Assembly: GCA_037381445.1 (NCBI GenBank)
Contig: JARRQT010000020.1
Span: 1-43,953 of the forward strand
Length of the DNA stretch: 43,953 nucleotides
Source: Calditrichia bacterium
GTDB lineage: Bacteria > Calditrichota > Calditrichia > RBG-13-44-9
Reading direction: 5' to 3'
Shown here in pieces: positions 10,322 to 18,783 of the stretch. The number at the start of each line of letters is the position of its first letter. The stretch's first letter is position 1. Under the pieces are notes generated by a model. That model made no database searches and was not told the DNA's origin. It worked only from the letters and a program-made list of their open reading frames with translations. Made by a program: the position numbers and the translations under genes.

Positions 10322-10861
10322 TCAATCGATCTGCGCGGTCTCCTGTTTGACAACGGTTTTTTCGGCGTGTTTTTCGTAATAATCGCCGTCCTTGGTCAGG
10401 TCATACATCTCGAGCAGTTTTTCTTTATCCCATACCAGATTCTCACGGGAATAATCGGCGAAATCGTACACCTGGGTCAGTTCAATTGCCTCGCGCGGGC
10501 AGGCTTCCTGACACATGCCGCAGTAAATGCAGCGGAGCATGTCAATTTCAAAAACGATGGGATAGCGTTCCCTGTCGTCCCAGGGAGCAACTCCCCCCAC
10601 GATATGGATACACTTTGCCGGGCAGGCCGACGAACACATTTCGCAGGCCACGCATTTGGGGCGACCATGTTCGTCCTTGTTCAAACGGTGTGCACCGCGG
10701 TAGCCCTGACGGGGAACCCACTTCTCCTCCGGATACAGCAGGGTGTATTTCTTTTTGGGAATATGTTTGAAGGTGATGCCCATTCCCTTGAGAATATTGG
10801 GAATATACACTTTTTCAGAAAAAGTCAATTCGGGGACTTCTAGCTTTTTAACCTTAATCAT
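10322..10861 (-). CDS. nuoI: NADH-quinone oxidoreductase subunit I (2x[4Fe-4S]), stand-alone
   Basis: TLLYPEE, YRGAHRL, CVACEMCSSACP and FEIDMLRCIYCGMCQEACP..AI. Confidence 0.88.
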   Translation of the reverse strand: MIKVKKLEVPELTFSEKVYIPNILKGMGITFKHIPKKKYTLLYPEEKWVPRQGYRGAHRLNKDEHGRPKCVACEMCSSACPAKCIHIVGGVAPWDDRERYPIVFEIDMLRCIYCGMCQEACPREAIELTQVYDFADYSRENLVWDKEKLLEMYDLTKDGDYYEKHAEKTVVKQETAQID

Positions 10862-11147
10862 TTTATTCCCTCAAATTTCATAATTAAATAGTCTTCTTCA
10901 ATTTCAAATTATTTTCCACACACGGATAGTGAATATAATAATAAACTGAAATATTCAAAACATAAAATTTTCTTTATGGTTTGATGGTTTGCCGAAATTT
11001 GGAAATCAATTCAAACATCAGATTGATTGCCAGATTATTTTCACTCTTTTGCTAAATAATTACAGAATGTAAATTTTTTTATTATATTAAAATGTTGTGA
11101 TTTTAAATTGTGCCCAAGTCCATTTCTTAACAAAAAAATGATTGCCA

Positions 11148-14100
11148 ATGGAATTGAATCTGACAGAAGATCAGTTGAAAGCCCTGGACCTCAACCGCAA
11201 TCTGGCGATTACAGCGGGAGCCGGTTCCGGTAAAACCACTGTTCTGGTGAACCGCTATTTGTATATATTGATGCGCAATCCCTCATTGCAGGTCCGCAAT
11301 ATTCTGGCAATTACTTTTACCGAAAAAGCGGCCGCCGAAATGAAAGAGCGGATTTATGACGAAATAAACAGGCAATTTGCACACAACGAGACCGAGCGGC
11401 CGCGGTTGTTTGACCTGCTGAACCAGCTCCATGAGGCACAGATTTTTACCATCCATGCCTTTTGCAGTTCTCTGCTTCGCCAGTACCCTGCGGAAGCGGG
11501 CGTAACACCCGACTTCACTGTTTTGGATGATATTCAGTCCGATGAATTGTTCGAGCGGATTTTTCATGATTTTCTGATGAATTATCGTTGGGAAGAAAGG
11601 GAAAAAAGTGAATTGGTCCTTAATGCCCTGCGGGAATTTCCGATTCCGAAATTAAAAGATATGCTTTCCTCACTGCATAATGCCCGTGCCATCATTTATC
11701 CCTTTCTGGAAGATTCGCTGGTAAGAGGGAAAGATGACCTTCTGGAGAGATGGCGAGAATGGTTCATCAGTTATCATCAGTCTCAGCTATTTTCCTTCTT
11801 TACCAACGCTGAATTCTGGAAAGGCCTGGCATCCCTCACCAGTCTCCCCATCCGAGATAATGAGAAAGAGCTTTTCAGACAGAATGAACTGCATCAATTA
11901 CTGGATATTTATGAAGACAAACATACTGATCCCGCAGAACAGATCCAGACGGCGCTTGAAATCATTGAATTGCTTACCCGCAGCGATGGGGGGGCTTATA
12001 GCAGGATTCCGGGTGGCAGGAAGGCATGGGGAGAGGAAGGTGCGGAACTTTTCCAGGCGCTTTCCGGCATTGCTGCTGAATATTCGGGCAAAGTGCTTCC
12101 GCTCGATCCGGATACGGAAAACCTTTATTCAGAAGTATATCAGGGTCTGATAATTGTTGTTGCAGGCTTTTTTGAGCAGGTGGAAAAATACAAGACTCAG
12201 CGCGGACTTCTTGATTTCGAAGACCTGCAGCTGGCCACATTGGGATTATTGCAGAAAAATCCCGAAATCCGGGAACAGATCCGGAAGCGGTTCCCTTTCC
12301 TGCTGGTGGACGAATTTCAGGATACGGACATCCTGCAGAGTAATATCATCCGTTTGCTGAGCCGCGATCAACTGGGGAACCTGGACAAAAACCGGCTCTT
12401 TGTGGTAGGCGACCCCAAACAGTCCATATTTGGCTTTCGCTATGCGGATGTGGGCATTTTTCTAGAATATCTTGGGGAAATTGCTCAGCAGGATTCCGGA
12501 AAGCAGCCTTTCAAAATTCCCGGGACATCAACGGAAATCCCGGCGACACCCGAAAATTTGAGCGGTATCATATCGCTCTCCCGGAATTTTCGTAGCTCGA
12601 CGGAGCTGATTCGTTTCTATAATCAGACCTTCGAACCTGTCTTTTCGAAAACATCTGACTATGATGTGGATTTTCAAAAACTTGAAGCATCCCGTAGCGA
12701 AATACCCGGACAGAATTCCTTCATTCATCTGGACATTATTTATGACGGGAGTGAGGAAAAACTTGATATGGCCGTTCTGCAGGCCAGCAAAATTGCACAG
12801 AATATACAGACAATTGTCGGGAATGAAAAATACCGGAAATTGGCCGGCCGGGGAGAAGACGCACGCCTGGAGCCGATTTCTTACGGGGATATTGCCATCC
12901 TGCTGCGCTCTCGCACTCACCTGGTGCCGGTTGAGGAGACGCTGAGAGCTGCGGGCATTCCCTACCAAACCTACAAAGGGGTCGGATTCTTTCAGCGGCG
13001 GGAAATACAGGACCTTTATTATATATTAAAAAGTATCGCTGATCCGGATGATGATTTCGCAACAGTCGCTTTTTTCAGAAGTGAATTCGCCGGTTTGTCC
13101 GACATCAGTCTGTTTTATCTGAGTCAGGTTAAAGGAAGGAATTATTGGGAAAAACTTGATAAATTCGGACAGTACCTTCGGAATAGACCCCGGGCAAAAG
13201 ATATTTTTCAGGACCAATTCCTGGAATTTTTCGAACGGGAATCGCTCCCGCCCCGGTTGCCGGCGGATGAAAGAGATGCGGTTTGCCGGATATTGGAAAA
13301 CTATCTGCCCTGGAAAGAACTGGCGCTTCAGGGACGATTCAATCAGCTCGTAGATACAATTGTCGAAAAATTGCAGGTGCGGCCTCTGTTGCTGGCACAA
13401 ACGGATGGCTACCAAAAGCTGGCCAATTTGGACAAATTCATGCACTATATTTTTGAATTCGAACAGAACCATTCGGGTTTGCTCAGCGATTTGCTGGAAA
13501 CGCTGGAAAAGCAGATTTCCGGACAGGTGCAGGAGGGTGAAGCGGTCGTTATGGCCGAGGATGAGGACCGGGTTAGGATCATAACCTTTCACAGCGCGAA
13601 GGGAATGGAATTCCCGGTGGTATTCCTGCCATTCCTTGAAAAAGAATTCAGGTATAACAAAAATCTCATGTTGAATAAGAATTTCGGTTTTGCCTTCAAT
13701 CTGGAGAACAGCAGTATTAAAAACGGCCCAAAACCATTTGCCTATCAATATTTGCAGCAGCACGATCAGATGAAGACAATTGCCGAGGAAAAGAGGTTGT
13801 TTTATGTGGCCGCGACCCGGGCCAGGGACCATCTTTTCCTCTCAGGAACCATCAACAGAAAAAGAAAAACCACCAGTCCGAATTATCTGCAATGGCTTAT
13901 GGATGCCTGGAATTTTTCCGGGGAAGATTTGGCACAATCCGCAGAAATCGAAGTGAAGATGAATGATGCTTCTCTGCGGGTAAGCAGCCACACATTCGAA
14001 GGAACAGGTGAAGCAGAAAGAATGTCTTCGGAAGGGAGTGAAAAGACCGGCATAGCGCATCCGGAAGATATCATTCCGCCCGAGGAACTGAGGTATCAGC

Positions 14101-14822
14101 AGGTAATCGGCGAAAAAGCGGGCGGACAGATCTATTCCGCCACCCAGCTTATGATGTACCGTGAAAATAAAAACCGTTATTTTCAGCATTTTTATCTGAA
14201 AGATGCACAGGTCCTTCCTCCGCAGGTTGAGCCGGAATTTGTCGATGAGCCGGGTGGAGCGCTCTGGGGATCCGTCATTCATAAAATCTTGGAGGATTTC
14301 CACCTGCGTCCCGACACGGAAGACACGGCAAAAATTGAGCAGGCGCTGATCCGGTTCGATCTGTCCAATTCGTCCGATAAGAGAGAGCTCACCGGGAAGT
14401 TGAGCGAGGTAATGGAGAGGATTCGCAATTCCCATACCGGAAGAATGCTGGCCGGAACCCCGCAATTCAGTGAATTTTCTCTGGACATGCGGATCGGCGG
14501 CTTTATTTTTCGGGGGATTTTCGATAAGCTCTTTTTAAATACCGACGGGAACTGGGAAGTGCTGGACTACAAAACAAACCGGATTTCGGCGGAAGAGGTA
14601 AATCAGGTTTCGCAAAAATATGATTTTCAGATGCAGGCCTATGCGCTGCTGCTTTCCGGCCTGCACCCCGAACAGACAAGTTACCCCATTTCTCTTCTTT
14701 TTGTGGAGCCGATGCGGCTGGTGCGAAAGATATATCAGAGAGCCGATATTGAAAAAATCCGCAAAGAAGTGGAAAAGTTGATGAACGAAATTTTATCCCG
14801 CGAGACTGAACTTTTTTATTAA
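11148..14822 (+). CDS. addA: AddA/RecB-like UvrD helicase with a C-terminal PD-(D/E)XK nuclease domain
   Basis: AGAGSGKT, ITFTEKAAAEM, TIHAFC, VDEFQDT, VGDPKQSIFGFR, NFRS, TFHSAKGMEF and RLFYVAATRA; nuclease motifs GSVIHKILE, GIFD..VLDYKT and QMQAY. Confidence 0.88.
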   Translation: MELNLTEDQLKALDLNRNLAITAGAGSGKTTVLVNRYLYILMRNPSLQVRNILAITFTEKAAAEMKERIYDEINRQFAHNETERPRLFDLLNQLHEAQIFTIHAFCSSLLRQYPAEAGVTPDFTVLDDIQSDELFERIFHDFLMNYRWEEREKSELVLNALREFPIPKLKDMLSSLHNARAIIYPFLEDSLVRGKDDLLERWREWFISYHQSQLFSFFTNAEFWKGLASLTSLPIRDNEKELFRQNELHQLLDIYEDKHTDPAEQIQTALEIIELLTRSDGGAYSRIPGGRKAWGEEGAELFQALSGIAAEYSGKVLPLDPDTENLYSEVYQGLIIVVAGFFEQVEKYKTQRGLLDFEDLQLATLGLLQKNPEIREQIRKRFPFLLVDEFQDTDILQSNIIRLLSRDQLGNLDKNRLFVVGDPKQSIFGFRYADVGIFLEYLGEIAQQDSGKQPFKIPGTSTEIPATPENLSGIISLSRNFRSSTELIRFYNQTFEPVFSKTSDYDVDFQKLEASRSEIPGQNSFIHLDIIYDGSEEKLDMAVLQASKIAQNIQTIVGNEKYRKLAGRGEDARLEPISYGDIAILLRSRTHLVPVEETLRAAGIPYQTYKGVGFFQRREIQDLYYILKSIADPDDDFATVAFFRSEFAGLSDISLFYLSQVKGRNYWEKLDKFGQYLRNRPRAKDIFQDQFLEFFERESLPPRLPADERDAVCRILENYLPWKELALQGRFNQLVDTIVEKLQVRPLLLAQTDGYQKLANLDKFMHYIFEFEQNHSGLLSDLLETLEKQISGQVQEGEAVVMAEDEDRVRIITFHSAKGMEFPVVFLPFLEKEFRYNKNLMLNKNFGFAFNLENSSIKNGPKPFAYQYLQQHDQMKTIAEEKRLFYVAATRARDHLFLSGTINRKRKTTSPNYLQWLMDAWNFSGEDLAQSAEIEVKMNDASLRVSSHTFEGTGEAERMSSEGSEKTGIAHPEDIIPPEELRYQQVIGEKAGGQIYSATQLMMYRENKNRYFQHFYLKDAQVLPPQVEPEFVDEPGGALWGSVIHKILEDFHLRPDTEDTAKIEQALIRFDLSNSSDKRELTGKLSEVMERIRNSHTGRMLAGTPQFSEFSLDMRIGGFIFRGIFDKLFLNTDGNWEVLDYKTNRISAEEVNQVSQKYDFQMQAYALLLSGLHPEQTSYPISLLFVEPMRLVRKIYQRADIEKIRKEVEKLMNEILSRETELFY

Positions 14823-14936
14823 AATCACCTTAACCGGGAATCCGGGCAAACCTAACATTTTTAGTTGAATATTATAAAATAAGATGGTATTTTAGCAAGA
14901 GTTGAATTTGACTTTCTAACAAACAGGAGAAAGGAC

Positions 14937-16052
14937 ATGAAATATTTCCTGCCAGCCCTAATTCTGCTTGGTCTTTCATTCCTCATGTTTATCCAGTGCC
15001 AATCTTCCCAGGATGCGCCGGCTGAAAAATTGCGCGCTCTGGCCGATACGGTTGGTTTTGCTCACACCGCGCGGCAAATGGACGAAGTCATCCGCCGGAT
15101 TGATGAGAAGAGCGGCAAAGAATGCCAGAATATCCTGAAGATGCAAAATATGGGAAGCGAAAATTCCTGGGAACTGGTAATCTGTCCCCATGACGACTAC
15201 AGCTATGCCGGTACATTGTATCCGTATGTGATGAAAAACCTGTCGGCCCCTACCATAATTTTGTTTGGTGTGGCTCACAAAGCCAAACAATTCGGGGCGG
15301 AAAACCAGATTATATTCGATAGTTATTCACACTGGCGGGGTCCCTACGGTGAAATTCCGGTATCTCCTGTTCGCGAGCAGATTATGAAGGAGCTCCCCGA
15401 AGGCAGTTATCAGGTCAATGATAGTCTGCAGACTGTTGAACATTCTGTTGAAGCGCTGCTGCCGTTTATACAGTACTATCATCGGTCGGTGCAAATTGTC
15501 TCTATTCTTGTTCCCTATATGAGCTACGAAAAAATGCAGGAGATTGCGGTCCCACTGTCCGAGGCCATTGCAAAGGTTGCGGAAAAGAATCAATGGACAT
15601 GGGGCAAAGATTACGCTTTTGCGATTTCTTCTGACGGTGTTCATTATGGAGATGAAGATTGGGGCGGAAAAAATATGGCGCCCTTTGGCGCGGATTCAAC
15701 GGGTTACCAGGCGGCCACGAACAAAGACATGACCATTATCAGTGAATGCCTGATCGATCAGCCGGATTTGCAGCGCATTAAACGGTTTGTTCAATATACC
15801 GTAAGCCAGGAAGATTATCGGGAATATGCATGGACCTGGTGCGGCAGGTATTCTATTCCATTCGGACTTTTGACCGCCTATTATCTGACGGAAAATTCTC
15901 ATACAAAGCCTTTGATGGGTAAAATGCTGCGCTACGGCACCAGCATATCTGACAAACCATTGCCGGTTTCCGATCTGGGAATGGGCATAACCGCGCCGGC
16001 CAATATTCATCACTGGGTCAGTTATGCAGCCATAGGTTATACCTTTCAATAA
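14937..16052 (+). CDS. MEMO1 / AmmeMemoRadiSam protein B-like protein with an N-terminal (lipo)protein signal peptide
   Basis: PHDDYSYAG, GVAH, EHSVEALLPFIQ, SSDGVHYG and WCG correspond to the MEMO1 motifs PHAGY, GPSH, EHS, SSD.SH and CG. The N-terminus is MKYFLPALILLGLSFLMFIQC. Confidence 0.8.
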   Translation: MKYFLPALILLGLSFLMFIQCQSSQDAPAEKLRALADTVGFAHTARQMDEVIRRIDEKSGKECQNILKMQNMGSENSWELVICPHDDYSYAGTLYPYVMKNLSAPTIILFGVAHKAKQFGAENQIIFDSYSHWRGPYGEIPVSPVREQIMKELPEGSYQVNDSLQTVEHSVEALLPFIQYYHRSVQIVSILVPYMSYEKMQEIAVPLSEAIAKVAEKNQWTWGKDYAFAISSDGVHYGDEDWGGKNMAPFGADSTGYQAATNKDMTIISECLIDQPDLQRIKRFVQYTVSQEDYREYAWTWCGRYSIPFGLLTAYYLTENSHTKPLMGKMLRYGTSISDKPLPVSDLGMGITAPANIHHWVSYAAIGYTFQ

Positions 16053-16108
16053 AAAAATGTTAATGAAAGAAAGCGGATTGTAAAAAATAATAGTGTGGAG
16101 CAATAGAC

Positions 16109-16152
16109 ATAAAAAAAGCCGGAATCCATTTGAGGATACCGGCTTTTTTTAT
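16109..16152. terminator. Bidirectional intrinsic terminator
   Basis: ATAAAAAAAGCCGG...CCGGCTTTTTTTAT hairpin between convergent genes. Confidence 0.8.
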
Positions 16153-16166
16153 TGAACATTCAGAGG

Positions 16167-17285
16167 TTATTTGTTTGCTTCCAATTCTTTCTGTTTCTCG
16201 AAGGCCTGTTCGGCTTTGTCCTTCATACCTTTCTGAGCGTAAACCACACCCAGATTATTCCAGAGCAGGGCGGAGTTCGGGAATTTCTGGACAGCCTGCT
16301 CCAGCATGGGAAGAACCATGTTATAAATATCTTCATATTTTTGTTTATATTCTTCCTTCTGCGTGTCGGTATACTCGTCCTGATATTTCTGGGCCTGCTG
16401 CAGATAGGAAATGCTCAGCAGCTCTTCCACATCCTTATTGTTCGGATCCAATTCCAGCGATTTTTTCAGGTAAGGGATTGCCTTTTCATACATCTGATCA
16501 TTGTAATAAATGATCCCGATATTCATGGGAATGGCGGAATTATTGGGCTGCTGTTCCATTCCAACATTGAATTCCCCGATTGCCTTTTCCCAGTCTTTGT
16601 CATGCACATATATTTCGCCCAATGCCAGATGGGCCTGCGTATTGTTGGGATTTACAGCCAAAGCTTTTTGATACATATCTTCGGCTTTATCATATTGATC
16701 CGTCTTAAAATAGAAATCGCCCACAGAAACCATCAGCGTATCATCCTTGGGCTGGCCCTGCACGGCCTGCAGGAGATATTTTTCTGCTTCGGTCGTATCG
16801 CCTACTTCCAGGAAAGAAACTGACATTGGTGTCAGCGGTTCTACTTTCTCGGGATCAGCCTGATGAGCTTTCAGGAATTTCTCGGCGGCTTTTTGAAAAA
16901 GCTTTTTCTGTAGCTCAGGATCCTGTGTGTCCCTGGCCTTGTTGTAGTAGTTTTTCAAGGCATCATTGTAATTTTCCGCGAAATAATTAAAGCGAAGTCT
17001 TTCAATATCAGGTTTGTATTGTGGAGAGATGGCAAGGCTCTTATCAAACGCATCGTTCATTTCCACAAACTGATCTTTGCGTCCGTATAGCTCGCCCAGC
17101 AGATACCAGGCTTCGGGATTGTTGGGGTATTTCTGTACCGCTTCTTTGGCAAGATCAAAAGCTTTGTCATACAGGCCATGCTGCATATTCACTACCACAC
17201 CTTCCAGTTCCGGCGGACGGCATCCGGTAATCACGATGATGCCCAGCAGGAACACCACAATTGAAACGCCTACTAGTTTTTTCAT
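16167..17285 (-). CDS. Tetratricopeptide-repeat lipoprotein
   Basis: Lipobox-like ITGC after a hydrophobic stretch; multiple TPRs (e.g. AWYLLGELY, AHLALGEIY, LWNNLGVVY); 4-nt overlap with the mtnA stop. Confidence 0.88.
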   Translation of the reverse strand: MKKLVGVSIVVFLLGIIVITGCRPPELEGVVVNMQHGLYDKAFDLAKEAVQKYPNNPEAWYLLGELYGRKDQFVEMNDAFDKSLAISPQYKPDIERLRFNYFAENYNDALKNYYNKARDTQDPELQKKLFQKAAEKFLKAHQADPEKVEPLTPMSVSFLEVGDTTEAEKYLLQAVQGQPKDDTLMVSVGDFYFKTDQYDKAEDMYQKALAVNPNNTQAHLALGEIYVHDKDWEKAIGEFNVGMEQQPNNSAIPMNIGIIYYNDQMYEKAIPYLKKSLELDPNNKDVEELLSISYLQQAQKYQDEYTDTQKEEYKQKYEDIYNMVLPMLEQAVQKFPNSALLWNNLGVVYAQKGMKDKAEQAFEKQKELEANK

Positions 17286-18355
17286 TGAATTAGCTCCTTA
17301 TGATTTTTATGAACCTGACTGTTTAATTTTAACCGTGTCAAAGAGTCCTCAAAGGGGTGATCGGCAATTCCGGCTTCGGTAATAATTCCGGTGATTAAGC
17401 CCGCCGGTGTAACATCGAATGCAGGATTCCAGCAGGAAGCATTCTCCACCGTAATGGGGAGCTTGCCCCAGATGCGGGTGATCTCTTCACAATTCCGTTC
17501 CTCTATGGGAATCTGTTCACCCGATTTAATGGAAAAATCGAAAGTGGACAGTGGTGCCGCGACATAGAAAGGAATGCCATGATACTGCGCATTGACTGCC
17601 AGATTATAGGTCCCGATTTTATTCGCCGTATCCCCGTTTGCCGCGATTCGGTCTGCACCCACAATGACCAGATCAATCATTCCACGCTGCATGGCATAGG
17701 CTGCCATATTATCGGAAATCAGGGTGGCCGGTATCCCCGCTTGCTCCAGCTCCCACATGTTCAAACGGGCACCCTGCAGCAAGGGCCGGGTCTCATCCAC
17801 AAATACCTGCAGTTTTTTATTTTGCCGGTGGGCTGTGTAAATGACTCCCAATGCTGTGCCGATCCCCGCAGTCGCCAGGGCCCCGGTATTGCAATGGGTC
17901 AGAATCCGCATGCCCGGCTGGATCAGTTCGGCGCCGGCAGAACCCATCAGATCGCACCTTTTTTGATCATCATTTTTTATATCGATGGCAATTTCCAGGA
18001 CTTTGCGGATGAGTTCCGGCAGTTCACCTTGGGTCTTCTGAAGCTTCTCGTTAATGAACTGCAGCGCCCAGCGCAGATTGACGGCCGTTGGGCGGGCCGA
18101 AGCAAGATAGTCTGCCAAAGATTTTGCTTCGCTCAGGAATGACTGACGGTTTTCAAAAGATCTTCCCCGTACTCCAAGGTAAAGGCCAAAGGCGGCTGCC
18201 ACGCCGATGGCGGGCGCACCCCGCACACGCAGCTTCTGAATGGCTTCGAACACTTGCTGAATAGTATTCAACTCCAGGTATATCAGATTCCGGGGAATTT
18301 CGGTCTGATCGATGATTGTAAGCTTGTTTTCAGACCATTCGATACTTTTAATCAT
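17282..18355 (-). CDS. mtnA: S-methyl-5-thioribose-1-phosphate isomerase
   Basis: VRGAPAIG, RPTAVNL, THCNTGALAT, DETRPLLQGARL, GADRIAANGDTANKIGTY and NPAFDVTP. Confidence 0.95.
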   Translation of the reverse strand: MIKSIEWSENKLTIIDQTEIPRNLIYLELNTIQQVFEAIQKLRVRGAPAIGVAAAFGLYLGVRGRSFENRQSFLSEAKSLADYLASARPTAVNLRWALQFINEKLQKTQGELPELIRKVLEIAIDIKNDDQKRCDLMGSAGAELIQPGMRILTHCNTGALATAGIGTALGVIYTAHRQNKKLQVFVDETRPLLQGARLNMWELEQAGIPATLISDNMAAYAMQRGMIDLVIVGADRIAANGDTANKIGTYNLAVNAQYHGIPFYVAAPLSTFDFSIKSGEQIPIEERNCEEITRIWGKLPITVENASCWNPAFDVTPAGLITGIITEAGIADHPFEDSLTRLKLNSQVHKNHKELIQ

Positions 18356-18381
18356 AAATCTTCCCAATCTAATAGCTTAAA

Positions 18382-18410
18382 AATTTATCATAATGTGATT
18401 ATAATTTCAA
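18382..18410 (-). promoter_or_regulatory. Putative mtnA promoter (TTGAAA-N17-TAAATT)
   Basis: Recurring motif immediately upstream of mtnA. Confidence 0.55.
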
Positions 18411-18783
18411 GATATTTTAATATTTTGCCAGATTCTATTTATAATCATTTTTGGGGTGATTAGGATTTTCATAAAAATTTCAAGGGAAATTGGTATCGAT
18501 TTTTCCGGATATGGGTTCTCCTTCCGATTATTATTTAAAACTCCGAATAATTCAACCCAATTTCCGATGTTCTGTTTCAATGGAAGAGGTATTTCGGATT
18601 ATTTGTTTGAGGTGATCTCAGCAACGGTTGAGTTTTCCACCAACTGTCCCGGGCAGAGCGCAGGGAACTAAATTCCGTTTTTGTTATTAATTTCTTATAG
18701 TTCTGTTTGAATATTAGTATTAATTTCCATAGATTCTAAACAAATTGTGCCTTAAACCTCTGATAAAACCTCCGGAGGTTCGG

